Assembly (NCBI GenBank): GCA_050186295.1
Contig: JBFWYP010000004.1
Coordinates: forward strand, 81,773-145,772
DNA length: 64,000 bases
Reading direction: 5' to 3'
Origin: Thermoanaerobaculia bacterium
GTDB lineage: Bacteria > Acidobacteriota > Thermoanaerobaculia > Multivoradales > JAGPDF01
Shown: in pieces, positions 1-10,012 of the stretch
Position numbering within the stretch: position 1 is the stretch's first letter
Layout: every line of letters begins with the position of its first letter
The notes under the pieces: generated by a model
Seen by the model: only the letters and a program-made list of their open reading frames with translations
Databases searched by the model: none
What the model was told of the DNA's origin: nothing
Position numbers and translations under genes: made by a program

Positions 1-638
1 AGCACCGGCAGCGCCGGCTCGCCGGAGATCGCGCAGCGCCGCTCGTAGAGATCGGTGATCAGCAGACGGAACGAGCCCGCGCCGAGGCGCGGCCGCACGC
101 GTACCGGCTCGCCGAAGATCTCGCGCTGCGGCTCCGGCACCACCGACGGCTGCAGCGAGCGCAGCAGCGCCACCACCCGCTCCCAGAGCTTCCGCCCCTC
201 GCCGGCATCGACGGCGTAGCTCTTCCCCACCGTCTTCTTCTTGAAGTCGCGCGGCACCGGGATCCAGTCGAGCTCGTCGAAGAAGAACGGCTGCGCGAGG
301 ACGATCGCCCCGACCGCCGGATCCGGCTCCTCCTGCAGCCGTCCCGGGCGGAAGCGCTCGATCCGCGCCAGCATCTCCTCGGCGTTCGCCACGCCGTTCT
401 TCTCGCCGAACGCCTTCCAGGCGAGACTCGCCGGGACGTTGGTCGCGTGGGCGAAGAAGCCGCCGCCGACCACGTAGTCGTCCGGGCTGTGGAGCTTGAA
501 GAGGAACGGCTCGCCCGGCAGGAGCGCCTTGAAGTCGCGCCCGCCGCCGGGCTGCCAGAGATTCACCTCGTCGAGCTCCGGCCGTCGCCGGAGGGACCGG
601 AACCAGTCGTTGTCGGTGACGGCGAGGAACAGGTTCAT
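1..638 (-). CDS. HNH endonuclease-family protein (PF13391-like), N-terminal about 212 aa; C-terminus lies beyond the window edge
   Basis: Own reverse-complement translation from ATG (complement of 636-638): MNLFLAVTDNDWFRSLRRRPELDEVNLWQPGGG...FRLLITDLYERRCAISGEP, the onset of an HNH_2-type motif. The ORF runs off the window start. It is absent from the ORF track, presumably because it is an edge ORF. Confidence 0.5.
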   Translation of the reverse strand, partial: MNLFLAVTDNDWFRSLRRRPELDEVNLWQPGGGRDFKALLPGEPFLFKLHSPDDYVVGGGFFAHATNVPASLAWKAFGEKNGVANAEEMLARIERFRPGRLQEEPDPAVGAIVLAQPFFFDELDWIPVPRDFKKKTVGKSYAVDAGEGRKLWERVVALLRSLQPSVVPEPQREIFGEPVRVRPRLGAGSFRLLITDLYERRCAISGEPALPV

Positions 639-768
639 CGCGCTCCGCCTAGGTTCTCACAGGCGCCCGCGGGCGTCACCTGCAGCCACCGGCGCCCTGC
701 GCCGTGCGGCCGCTCGCCGGCTCCGCCCGTCGCTTGCGCTCCGGTTCGATTTCCAACACGATCGCCGG

Positions 769-2856
769 ATGAGAACCGAACGGAAATCCTCTCCCGCGAC
801 GCCCCCGGGGGCGCACGTCTGGCACCCGACGGCCGCCGCCGGCGCCGTCCTCGTCAGCCTGCTCGTCACCGCGGGCTCCGCCGCCTTCGCTGCCGCCACC
901 CCGCGCGGAATCCTGGTCGAGGACCTGAACCGCCGGGCCGACCCCTGCACCGACTTCTACGACTACGCCAACGGCACCTGGCGCGCCGAGAACGGGATCC
1001 CCTCCTACATGGACCGCTGGAGCCGGCGCTGGGCTTCGGGCGAGACGAACAAGGAGAACGTGCACGAGATCCTCGCCGAGCTGGCGAAGAAGAGCGACTG
1101 GCCGAGAGGCAGCGCCGATCAGCTCGCGGGCGACCACTTCGCCGCCTGCATGGACGAGGACGCGGTCCACCGCCTGGGCGTGAAGCCGGCGGAGCCCTGG
1201 CTCGCGGCGATCGACGCGATCCGCGATCGCGCGGCGCTCGAAGCCGAGATCCGCCGCTTCCACGACATGGGCGCCGCCGTCCCCTTCCGCCTCTCGGCGC
1301 AGCAGGACCTGCACGAACCCGAGCGGATGGTCGCCGACATCTCCGCCGGCGGCCTCGGCCTGCCGGATCGCGACTACTACCTCAGGGACGAGCCGCGCTT
1401 CGCCGAGGCGCGCACCAGGTACCGCGAGCACATGGCGAAGATGCTGACGCTGGCCGGCGCCGACGCCGCCGCAGCGGCCCGCGACGCCGAGACGATCTTC
1501 GCCTTCGAGAGGAAGCTCGCGGAAGCGTCGCTCGACAACGTCGCGCTGCGCGATCCGGCCAGCATCGATCACCCGACCACCTTCGCCGAGCTCACGAAGC
1601 TCGCGCCCCGTTTCGACTGGGCGCGCTACTTCGACGAGGCGAAGCTGCCGCGCGTCGCGATGAACGTCAGCGAGCCGAAGTTCCTCGAGGCGTTCGATCG
1701 CCTCCTCGCCGAGGCTCCTCTGGCGGACTGGAGGGCGTATCTCCGCTGGCACCTGCTCGACAACACCGCCGAGCAGCTCGCGCGGCCGATCGTCGACGAG
1801 AACTTCGCCTTCTACGGCGCCTACCTCGCCGGCACGACGGAGCAGAAGCCGCGCTGGAAGAAGTGCGTCGAGAACACCGACGGACTGCTCGGCGACGCGC
1901 TCGGTCAGAAGTACGTCGAGAAGTACTTCCCGCCCGCCGCCAAGGCGCGCATGCAGGAGATGGTGGGAAACATCCTCGCGGCGATGGGCGACACGATCCG
2001 CGGGCTCGACTGGATGGGCCCGGAGACCCGGACGAAGGCGCTCGAGAAGCTCTCCACCTTCACCCCGAAGATCGGCTATCCCGACCACTGGAAGTCGTAC
2101 GACGGAGTCACCATCACGCGCAGCTCGTACTGGGACAACGTCATGGCCGCCTCGCGCTGGCTCGTCGCCGACGGCCGGAGCCAGATCGGCAAGCCGGTCG
2201 ACCGCTCGCGCTGGGGGATGACGGCGCCGACCTCGAACGCCTACTACAACCCGCTGATGAACGAGATCGTCTTTCCGGCCGGCATCCTGCAGCCGCCGGG
2301 CTTCGACATGACGGCGACCGACGCGGTCAACTACGGCGGCATCGGCGTGGTGATCGGGCACGAGGTGAGCCACGGCTTCGACGACCAGGGCGCGCAGTTC
2401 GACGCCCAGGGCCGGCTCCGCAACTGGTGGACCGCAGACGATCTCGCCCGCTTCACCGCGCGCGGCCAGTGCGTCGTCGACCAGTTCGAGGGCTACTTCA
2501 TCGAGCCCGGGATCCACCACAACGGCAAGCTCGTCCTCGGCGAAGCGATCGGCGACCTCGCCGGCGCCAAGCTCGCCTGGCTCGGCTACCGGAAGTCGCG
2601 CGAGGGCAAGCCGGAGGAGCCGACCATCGACGGCTTCACCCCGGCGCAGCAGTTCTTCCTCGCCTGGGCGCAGTGGCGTGGCGACGAGATCCGTCCCGAG
2701 ACCCAGCGCCTCATGGTGCAGGGCGACCCGCACCCGATCGCCAAGTACCGCGTCATCGGTCCGCTGTCCAATCTCGAGCCGTTCCGCGAGGCGTTCGGCT
2801 GCCGGGCGGATGCTCCGATGATCCGGCCGCCCGCCGTGCGCTGCGAAGTCTGGTGA
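769..2856 (+). CDS. pepO: M13 family zinc metallopeptidase (PepO / neprilysin-like), secreted
   Basis: Frame of ORF 496..2856. Internal ATG at 769 gives MRTERKSS... followed by a hydrophobic signal peptide (AAAGAVLVSLLVTAGSAAFAAA). Motifs HEVSHGFDDQG (HExxH), SNAYYNP and GEAIGDLAG. Family-typical length of about 695 aa. Confidence 0.85.
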   Translation: MRTERKSSPATPPGAHVWHPTAAAGAVLVSLLVTAGSAAFAAATPRGILVEDLNRRADPCTDFYDYANGTWRAENGIPSYMDRWSRRWASGETNKENVHEILAELAKKSDWPRGSADQLAGDHFAACMDEDAVHRLGVKPAEPWLAAIDAIRDRAALEAEIRRFHDMGAAVPFRLSAQQDLHEPERMVADISAGGLGLPDRDYYLRDEPRFAEARTRYREHMAKMLTLAGADAAAAARDAETIFAFERKLAEASLDNVALRDPASIDHPTTFAELTKLAPRFDWARYFDEAKLPRVAMNVSEPKFLEAFDRLLAEAPLADWRAYLRWHLLDNTAEQLARPIVDENFAFYGAYLAGTTEQKPRWKKCVENTDGLLGDALGQKYVEKYFPPAAKARMQEMVGNILAAMGDTIRGLDWMGPETRTKALEKLSTFTPKIGYPDHWKSYDGVTITRSSYWDNVMAASRWLVADGRSQIGKPVDRSRWGMTAPTSNAYYNPLMNEIVFPAGILQPPGFDMTATDAVNYGGIGVVIGHEVSHGFDDQGAQFDAQGRLRNWWTADDLARFTARGQCVVDQFEGYFIEPGIHHNGKLVLGEAIGDLAGAKLAWLGYRKSREGKPEEPTIDGFTPAQQFFLAWAQWRGDEIRPETQRLMVQGDPHPIAKYRVIGPLSNLEPFREAFGCRADAPMIRPPAVRCEVW

Positions 2857-2941
2857 CGGAGCCGTCCGCCGGAGATCGGCGGCGCGCCGCAGCATAGACT
2901 CCGCCCATGATGCATCGGCTGCAGAGCGACGCAGGTCCGCG

Positions 2942-5662
2942 ATGACTCTCGCCGCCGGCACCCGTCTCGGTCCCTACGAGATCGTCGCGCCGCTCGGCGC
3001 GGGGGGCATGGGCGAGGTCTACCGCGCACGCGACGGCCGGCTGCAGCGCGAGGTGGCGATCAAGGTGCTGCCGGCGACCTTCGCCGCCGATCCGGAGCGG
3101 CTGGCGCGCTTCACCCGCGAGGCGCAGACGCTCGCGGCGCTCAATCATCCGAACATCGCGCAGATCCACGGCCTCGAGGAGTCGGGCGAGACGCGGGCGC
3201 TGGTCATGGAGCTCGTCGAGGGCGAGGATCTCGCGGCGCGGATCGCCCGCGGGGCGATCCCCCTCGACGAAGCGCTCGACGTCGCGCGGCAGTTCGCCGA
3301 CGCGCTCGACGCCGCGCACGAGAGCGGCATCATCCATCGCGACCTCAAGCCGGCGAACGTCCGGGTGCGTCCAGACGGCACCGTCAAGGTGCTCGACTTC
3401 GGCCTCGCCAAAGCGCTCGACCCCACGACCTCGACGGGCGGCGCCGGCGCTCCGACTCTCGCCAACTCGCCGACCCTCACCCAGCACGCCACCCAGCTCG
3501 GCGTGATCCTCGGCAGCGCCGCGTACATGTCCCCCGAGCAGGCGCGCGGCCGCGCCGTCGATCGCCGCGCCGACATCTGGGCGTTCGGTGCGGTCCTCTT
3601 CGAGATGCTCACCGGGCAACGCGCCTTCGAGGGGGAGGAGATCACCGACGTCCTCGCCTCGGTGCTCAAGACCGAGCCCGACCTCGACGTGGTGCCGGCG
3701 GAGACGCCGCCCGCGGTGCGCCGCCTCCTCCGCCGCTGCCTCGAGAAGGATCCGCGCCGCCGCCTGAGCTCGATCCACGACGCGCGCCTCGAGCTCGACG
3801 AGCGCGAGGCGGCGACGCCGGCCGCCGGCACGGCGGAACCGCCGGCATCGCGCCGCCCGTCGTCCCGCACGATCCTCGCCGCGGTCGTGGCGACGGCCGT
3901 CGTCACGGCGCTCGCGAGCTGGCTCGCTCTCCGTTCGGGCGCCGCGGGCGGCGCGCGCTCCGGCGCCGCCGCCGTCGCCCGCTTCTCGCTCCTGCCGCCG
4001 CCGGGCGAATCGTTCTACGCCGACTCGACCGGCGTCGCGATCTCCCCCGACGGCCGCAAGGTCGCCGCCCTCGTCGGCAACGCGACACGGGTCGGAACCA
4101 CGCTCTGGGTGCGCTCGCTCGACTCGCCCGCCATCCGCCCGCTGGAGAGCGGCGAGGAGGCGCAGGGGCCGTTCTGGTCGCCCGACAGCCGGCGGATCGG
4201 CTACTTCAGCAGCCGCGAGCTGAAGATCATCTCCGCCGACGGCGGCCGTCCGCAGGTCGTCTGTGACGCGCCGAACGGCCGCGGCGCCGCCTGGAACCGC
4301 GACGACCAGATCCTCTTCGCGCCGGACGCCAGCGGAGCGCTCTACCGCGTGTCGGCGAACGGCGGCACGCCGGTGGCGGTCACCGCTCTGGACTCCGCTC
4401 GTGGGGAGTGGTCGCATCGCAGCCCGCAGTTCCTCCCCGACGGCGACCACTTCCTCTTCGCCGTGCTGCCGGCGCGGAACGGCCGTTTCGACATCTACGC
4501 GAGCTCGCTCGCGAACCCGTCGGAGCGCACCCTGATCGGCGAGCTCGAGAGCACGCCGATCTACGTCGAGCCGGGGTGGCTCCTCTTCTCCCGCCGCGGC
4601 GTCCTCACCGCGCAGCGCTTCGACACGCGCGCCCTTCGCCTCGAGGGAGATGCGGTCGCGCTCGGCGACGAGCCGACGATGGTCTCCGACCCGGCGTTCA
4701 GCTACACCGCGGCGCCGGTCACTTCGAGCGCCGCCGACGGCACGCTCGCCTACGTCTCCGCCGGCGCGAACCGCACGCGCGCGTTCTGGCTCGGCGCGGA
4801 CGGAAGGCCGCCGGCCGACGGCGCCGACCTGCCGCTCCCGCCCGGCCCGTACTCGGCCCTGGCGATCTCTCCCGACGGTGCCCTCGCCGCCCTGGTGCGC
4901 TCGGTCTCACCGGTCGAATCGGCGATCTGGCTGGTCGAGCTCGCGCGCGGCGGCGGCACACCGTTCTCGGTCGGCGGCGGACGCAACGACGCGCCGGTCT
5001 GGTCGCCGGACGGCAGCCGCATCGTCTTCGCCTCGGATCGCGACGGCCCGCAGAACTTCTACATGAAGCAGCTCGGCGCCGGCGGTCCGGAGCTGCCGAT
5101 CTACTCCTCGCCGGCCATGTTCAAGAATCCGGAATCGTGGTCGGCGGACGGCCGCTGGATCCTCTTCCAGCAACTCAATCCGGGATCGCACCAGGACATC
5201 CTGCTCCTCCCGGCCGACGGGAAGGGAGAGCCGGTGCCGTTCATCGCCAACCCGGCGCGCGATTTTCTGACCTCGCCCTCCCCCGACGGCCGCTGGTGCG
5301 CCTACGTCAGCGAAGACTCGGGTCAGGCGCAGCTCTACCTCACCTCGTTTCCGGAGGCGGGCCGCCGGATCCAGATCTCGCGCGACGGCGCGTTCCACAG
5401 TTGGTGGTCGCGCGACGGCCGCGAGCTCGTCTGGGTCGACCAGGATCTGGAACGGATCTCACGGGTCGAGATCCGTCCCGCCGCGGGGTCCTCGTCGCTG
5501 CCGCAGATCGGCGATCCGCGCCGGATCTTCGATCTCCCGCCGGCCACGATCGCGGTCGCCCCCCTGCCCGACTTCTCGCGCTTCCTCGTCCTCGTCCCCG
5601 AGACCCACGTGATCGAAACCGTCACCGTGGTGCAGAACTGGCGGGCCGGGCTCGGGAAGTAA
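2942..5662 (+). CDS. Ser/Thr protein kinase with C-terminal TolB-like WD40 beta-propeller repeats
   Basis: N-terminal kinase motifs: GAGGMGEVYRA (P-loop), AIKVL (Lys), HRDLKPANV and DFGLAK. A TM segment sits at about aa 310-330. The C-terminus has repeated SPDG...(A/F)xS propeller blades. Confidence 0.85.
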   Translation: MTLAAGTRLGPYEIVAPLGAGGMGEVYRARDGRLQREVAIKVLPATFAADPERLARFTREAQTLAALNHPNIAQIHGLEESGETRALVMELVEGEDLAARIARGAIPLDEALDVARQFADALDAAHESGIIHRDLKPANVRVRPDGTVKVLDFGLAKALDPTTSTGGAGAPTLANSPTLTQHATQLGVILGSAAYMSPEQARGRAVDRRADIWAFGAVLFEMLTGQRAFEGEEITDVLASVLKTEPDLDVVPAETPPAVRRLLRRCLEKDPRRRLSSIHDARLELDEREAATPAAGTAEPPASRRPSSRTILAAVVATAVVTALASWLALRSGAAGGARSGAAAVARFSLLPPPGESFYADSTGVAISPDGRKVAALVGNATRVGTTLWVRSLDSPAIRPLESGEEAQGPFWSPDSRRIGYFSSRELKIISADGGRPQVVCDAPNGRGAAWNRDDQILFAPDASGALYRVSANGGTPVAVTALDSARGEWSHRSPQFLPDGDHFLFAVLPARNGRFDIYASSLANPSERTLIGELESTPIYVEPGWLLFSRRGVLTAQRFDTRALRLEGDAVALGDEPTMVSDPAFSYTAAPVTSSAADGTLAYVSAGANRTRAFWLGADGRPPADGADLPLPPGPYSALAISPDGALAALVRSVSPVESAIWLVELARGGGTPFSVGGGRNDAPVWSPDGSRIVFASDRDGPQNFYMKQLGAGGPELPIYSSPAMFKNPESWSADGRWILFQQLNPGSHQDILLLPADGKGEPVPFIANPARDFLTSPSPDGRWCAYVSEDSGQAQLYLTSFPEAGRRIQISRDGAFHSWWSRDGRELVWVDQDLERISRVEIRPAAGSSSLPQIGDPRRIFDLPPATIAVAPLPDFSRFLVLVPETHVIETVTVVQNWRAGLGK

Positions 5663-5689
5663 GAGGGCTCCGGATCGGCGCGCGGCGCG

Positions 5690-7132
5690 TCAGGGCCCTT
5701 CCGCCGACCAGAAGAGCGTCGACCCGGATTCGAAGTCGTCCGCGAAGATCAGGGAACCGGGCTGCGGCGTCGCGTTGTACTCCACCGCGCCGACGTCGCA
5801 GCCGTCGCCGTCCGGGTTGTCAGGCACGGCGGCGATGTCGCGTGCGCGCAGGCCGGTGCCGGCCTCGCCGTGCCCCCGCTGGTCGACCTCCGCCTCGCCA
5901 CAGCTCCCCTGGTCGATCACCGGATGCGGCGTTTCGGTGAGCGGCAGGTGGGTCGCCGTCGGGCCGCCGTTCGCCGCCAGCGCGCCGAGGCGCGGATCGA
6001 GCGGCGAGCCGCTCGTGCCGACGAAGTCGCCGTTGGCGTTGGCGACCCCTCCGCCGGGACTCGCCGGGAACTCGGTCTCGACGCAGCTCCCGTCGCCGAT
6101 CACGTTGAAGCCGTGGGTGACGACGGCGCCGGCCGGCGCCAGGGAGATCTTCATCTCGTCGCACGGAGAAGAGGACGCGTGATCGATGCCGCCGGCGACG
6201 ATCGAGTTCTGGAACTGCAGGGCGACGTCCGCCGTCGAGGTGCTGACCGCGTAGATCGTTCCGCCCGTGCCGAGGGCCGAGTTGGCGTCGAGGTCGGACT
6301 CGTTGCCGTAGAGGGTGCTGTCGAGGAGGACCACACTGAGGACGGTGCCGGTGCCCCCGGTGATGCCGAGCGCTCCGCCCTGGTGGTTCGAGCCGTTGCC
6401 CGAGAAGGTCGACGAGACGATGCGGACGGCGGCCGGAGTCGAACCGAACGGCACGATCCGGATCGCCCCGCCGATGCCGCTCGGTCCGGTCGATCGGTTG
6501 CCCGAAAAGGTCGAGCTCAAGATCGTCAGGTCGCCGCCGCCCGTCCAGGAGAGCGCGCCACCGCCGCCGACCGCGGCCGGCGCGGCGCCGTTGTTGTCGA
6601 ACGTCGTGCGCTCGATCCACAGGTTGCCGATGACGTTCGCACCGCCGCCGCTGCCGGTGGTCGCGCAATCGCGGACCGCCATGTCGACGAGCGCCACGCT
6701 CCCGGCGCTGCTCGTCGAGGCGAAGCAGCCGCCCGCGCCGTTGCGGACGGTGAAGCCGCGCAGGACGAGCCAGCGATCCTCGGCCGCGAGAAACCCCAGC
6801 GGCCGCACGAGGTCCATGCCGTCGATCGCCAGGAGGTCGCGCCCCGGCCCTTCGATCGCCAGACCGTCGGTGATCGTCGGCAGCGCCGTCGCGAGCTCGA
6901 TCGTGCCGCTGACCGAGAGCCGGATCCGGTCGGAGCTGCCGCTGCCGCACGGACAGTCGAAGCTCGGCGCGTCGGTGTTGGCCGCGACGATCGCCTCGCG
7001 CAGGGAACAGAAGCCGTCGTTCGCGTTCACGGACAGGAGCGTGTCGACGACGATCGTCGCCGCCGCCGCCGGGCCAGCGAGCAGGATCGCTCCGAGGGTG
7101 AGGGTGCACAGGACTCCTGACGTTCGTCGCAT
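5690..7132 (-). CDS. Secreted right-handed parallel beta-helix repeat protein (CSLREAI-motif adhesin/pectate-lyase-like fold) with a C-terminal FESG...W tail
   Basis: Signal peptide MRRTSGVLCTLTLGAILLAGPAAAA. It has a CSLREAIVAAN motif and Gly/Thr/Ser/Asn-rich beta-helix repeats. The C-terminus is ...LIFADDFESGSTLFWSAEGP. Confidence 0.65.
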   Translation of the reverse strand: MRRTSGVLCTLTLGAILLAGPAAAATIVVDTLLSVNANDGFCSLREAIVAANTDAPSFDCPCGSGSSDRIRLSVSGTIELATALPTITDGLAIEGPGRDLLAIDGMDLVRPLGFLAAEDRWLVLRGFTVRNGAGGCFASTSSAGSVALVDMAVRDCATTGSGGGANVIGNLWIERTTFDNNGAAPAAVGGGGALSWTGGGDLTILSSTFSGNRSTGPSGIGGAIRIVPFGSTPAAVRIVSSTFSGNGSNHQGGALGITGGTGTVLSVVLLDSTLYGNESDLDANSALGTGGTIYAVSTSTADVALQFQNSIVAGGIDHASSSPCDEMKISLAPAGAVVTHGFNVIGDGSCVETEFPASPGGGVANANGDFVGTSGSPLDPRLGALAANGGPTATHLPLTETPHPVIDQGSCGEAEVDQRGHGEAGTGLRARDIAAVPDNPDGDGCDVGAVEYNATPQPGSLIFADDFESGSTLFWSAEGP

Positions 7133-7286
7133 GGGGAGACTCCTTCCCCCCTCATGGCGACGAAACGATCGATCAGAAGACAGCCGGGACCCGTGCGGGT
7201 GATATTGTTCCGGCGCTCCGCCGCGGAGATCGCGCGCGGGCTCACTCCGACCTCACCGCGGTCGCTCCAACCCGAGGATCCGAACC

Positions 7287-8390
7287 ATGCTCCGAGCCGG
7301 CATCGTCGGCCTGCCGAACGTCGGCAAGTCGACGCTCTTCAACGCCCTCACCCGCACCCGCAAGGCCGAGTCGGCGAACTATCCGTTCTGCACCATCGAG
7401 CCCAACGTCGGCATCGTCACCGTCCCCGACCCGCGGTTGGCGCCGATCGCCAAGGTCGCCGGCACCCCGACGCTGGTTCCGGCGGCGCTCGAGCTCGTCG
7501 ACATCGCCGGCCTGGTGAAAGGGGCGGCCTCCGGCGAGGGGCTGGGAAACAAGTTCCTCTCGCACATCCGCGAGGTCGACGCGATCGTCCAGGTGGTGCG
7601 CTGCTTCGAGGACGGCGAGATCGTCCACGTCGAGGACCACCTCCATCCGATCGCCGACATCGAGACGATCCAGACCGAGCTGATGCTCGCCGACCTCGAG
7701 TCGCTGGCGCGCCAGAAGGAGCGCCTCGAGCGCGTCGCCAAGGGGGGCGACAAGACGGCGAAGGCGCAGATCGAGCTCGCCACCCGCCTCCTCGCCCACC
7801 TCGGCGAAGGCAGACCGGCGCTGACCCTCGAGCTGACGCCCGAGGAGCAGGAGCTGGTGCGGCCGTTCTTCCTCCTGTCGCGGAAGCCGACGCTCTACGC
7901 CTGCAACGTCGCCGAGGAGGATCTGGCCACGGCGGAGACCCATCCGCTCGTCGGCGAGGTCCGGCAGTGGGTGGCGACGCACCACGGCGCCGAGGCGGTG
8001 ACCGTGTCGGCGCGCATCGAGGCCGAGCTCGCCGAGCTGCCCGAGGCGGAGGCGGCCGAGTACCTCGCCTCGCTCGGCGTCATCGAGTCGGGCGTCGGTT
8101 CGCTGATCCGCTCGATCTACCACCTGCTCGGGCTGCGCACCTACTTCACCGCCGGCGAGAAGGAGGCGCGCGCCTGGACGATCCACGCCGGCGACACCGC
8201 GCAGGAGGCCGCCGCGGTCATCCACTCGGACATCGCGCGCGGCTTCATCCGCGCCGAGACGATTTCGACCGACGACTTCCTCCGCCTCGGCGGCTGGGCG
8301 AAGGCGCGCGAGACCGGCCAGGTGCGTCAGGAAGGCAAGGAGTATCTCGTCGCCGACGGCGACGTCATGCTGTTCAAGTTCAACGTCTGA
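7287..8390 (+). CDS. ychF: Ribosome-binding ATPase YchF (Obg-family P-loop GTPase/ATPase)
   Basis: Starts [22 protein letters not shown] (G1 motif) and has a TGS-like C-terminus ending [11 protein letters not shown]. Typical 367 aa length. Confidence 0.92.
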   Translation: MLRAGIVGLPNVGKSTLFNALTRTRKAESANYPFCTIEPNVGIVTVPDPRLAPIAKVAGTPTLVPAALELVDIAGLVKGAASGEGLGNKFLSHIREVDAIVQVVRCFEDGEIVHVEDHLHPIADIETIQTELMLADLESLARQKERLERVAKGGDKTAKAQIELATRLLAHLGEGRPALTLELTPEEQELVRPFFLLSRKPTLYACNVAEEDLATAETHPLVGEVRQWVATHHGAEAVTVSARIEAELAELPEAEAAEYLASLGVIESGVGSLIRSIYHLLGLRTYFTAGEKEARAWTIHAGDTAQEAAAVIHSDIARGFIRAETISTDDFLRLGGWAKARETGQVRQEGKEYLVADGDVMLFKFNV

Positions 8391-8419
8391 CCGGCGCGGA
8401 GCGTGCCCGCGCAGCCGGG

Positions 8420-8845
8420 CTAGCGCCGCGAACGATCGCCGGCGCGCGCTTCGAGCTCGGCCTGGATCGTCGCCGCGAGCGCGGCGAGCAGCAGGACGCT
8501 GAACTCGACTCCGTTCCGCCCCGCCCCCACCACCCACCACCCCTCGGAGCCGTGCACCATCAGGATGCCGGAGACGAGGATCAGGGCGTGGCCGAGCGCC
8601 ACCGGCACGACCGCGCGCCGCAGCACGAGGAGGAGCGGCCCGGTGACCTCGAAGAGCGTGATCGCGAGCGCCAGCGCGTGTCCGAACGGGATCCCCTGTC
8701 CGTCGAGATAGTTGCCGAAGCCGGCGTAGCCGCCGGTGAACAGCCGGTGTGCGCCATGGAGCCAGAGGAGGATCGCCGTGGCGACGCGGACGATCGCGAT
8801 CGACGGCGGCTGCGGGCCGCCGTTGCGCCAGAAGAGGATGGACAT
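8420..8845 (-). CDS. DoxX family membrane protein
   Basis: A 141-aa protein with four predicted TM helices. Its LWLHGAHRL / GLLLVLRR pattern is typical of DoxX. Confidence 0.6.
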   Translation of the reverse strand: MSILFWRNGGPQPPSIAIVRVATAILLWLHGAHRLFTGGYAGFGNYLDGQGIPFGHALALAITLFEVTGPLLLVLRRAVVPVALGHALILVSGILMVHGSEGWWVVGAGRNGVEFSVLLLAALAATIQAELEARAGDRSRR

Positions 8846-8952
8846 CCCCTTTCCTACGCACCGGGGCGGGCGAAGTTCATCGTCGAGGCCCGCTCCGCCC
8901 GCCGATTGCGTAACAGATCAGGCACGACCGTTCTCGCGGGAGGAAGGCACGG

Positions 8953-9993
8953 ATGCTGGTCTGGGGAACTCGTTCCAGGTCGCTCGATCTCGGTCCGGTG
9001 GATTCGCGGCACTGTCCGCGCTGCGGCAGCGAGTGCACCTTCCACCTCCTGCTGACCTACGCCCATCACCATCTCTGGTACCTCTTCGGCTGGGCCTCGG
9101 GCAAGCGCTACTTCGAGGTCTGCAAGATCTGCGGCCACGGCCCGCAGGTCGAGAGCGACGCCGTAGAAACCCGGCTCGGTCGCAATCCGATCCCGGCCTG
9201 GCATCGCTTCGGGATCCTCGGCCTCGTCGGAGGGATCGCCGCGCTCATCCTGTTCGGCGTCCTCCTCCGCCTGACCGGGCCGGAGGTTCGCAACATCCCC
9301 GACCTGGTCGAACGGATGCAGCGCGGCGACGAGACCGCGGTCGCCCAGCTTCGGCGCGAGGCGGAGGCGGGCGACCTGCCGTCGCAGCAGGCGCTCGCCG
9401 ACCTCCTCGCCGGCGGACCGGAGAAGTTCCGCGATCTCGAGGAGGCGTTCCGCTGGACGCACGCCGCCGCGGACCAGGGCAGCGCGCTCGCCCGCCTCTC
9501 CCTCGGCTCGCGCTACGAAGCGGGCGCCGGAGTGGAGGCCGACCCGGCGGAGGCGCTGCGCTGGTACCGCCTTGCCGCCGACCAGGGGGTCGCCGCCGCC
9601 TGGAACCGGATCGGCCGGCTGGTCCACGACGGCGTCGGCACGCCGGCCGACCCCACCGAAGCCGCGCGCCTGTTCCGCCGCGCCGCCGAGGGGGGCGACG
9701 CCGAAGGGATGCTGAACTACGGCATCTCCTGTCTCGACGGCGACGACGGCGCGGTGGATCCCGTCCGCGCCGCCGAATGGTTCGCGAAGGCGGCCGCAGC
9801 GCCGCGCGAAGACCCGGCCGGCCGGGCGATCCGCGCCGAGGCGGCGTTCCGGCTCGGTGCGCTCTACGAGTCGGGGACCGGGGTCGAGCGCAACCTCCTC
9901 GAAGCGCTCCACCAGTACGAACAGGCGAGCTCCGTCCGCGACGATGCCCGCCGGGCGCTCGAGCGGCTGAAGGCCCGGCTCGAATCGTCCTGA
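8953..9993 (+). CDS. Membrane-anchored Sel1-repeat (TPR-like) protein with an N-terminal zinc ribbon
   Basis: CPRCGSEC...CKICGHGP (CxxC...CxxC) is followed by a TM helix (FGILGLVGGIAALILFGVLL). Then come 5-6 Sel1-like repeats (A..W(Y/F)..AA.QG...A...LG). Confidence 0.7.
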   Translation: MLVWGTRSRSLDLGPVDSRHCPRCGSECTFHLLLTYAHHHLWYLFGWASGKRYFEVCKICGHGPQVESDAVETRLGRNPIPAWHRFGILGLVGGIAALILFGVLLRLTGPEVRNIPDLVERMQRGDETAVAQLRREAEAGDLPSQQALADLLAGGPEKFRDLEEAFRWTHAAADQGSALARLSLGSRYEAGAGVEADPAEALRWYRLAADQGVAAAWNRIGRLVHDGVGTPADPTEAARLFRRAAEGGDAEGMLNYGISCLDGDDGAVDPVRAAEWFAKAAAAPREDPAGRAIRAEAAFRLGALYESGTGVERNLLEALHQYEQASSVRDDARRALERLKARLESS

Positions 9994-10012
9994 GGCAGGC
10001 GCCGCACCGGCG

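Noticed and set aside
447-2961. Long track ORFs overlapping the M13 peptidase gene in other frames or strands (447..2897 plus, 816 aa; 676..2961 minus, 761 aa)
   Set aside because: Their translations are Arg/Ala/Gly/Pro-rich low-complexity (RRRRPRQPARHRG...), typical of high-GC shadow frames. The plus-strand frame starting at 769 carries an unambiguous M13 peptidase signature.
8391-8419. GC-rich inverted repeat (cgcgg...ccgcg) between convergent ychF and doxX as a possible bidirectional terminator
   Set aside because: The stem is short and lacks a U-tract. It is plausible but not supportable from sequence alone.
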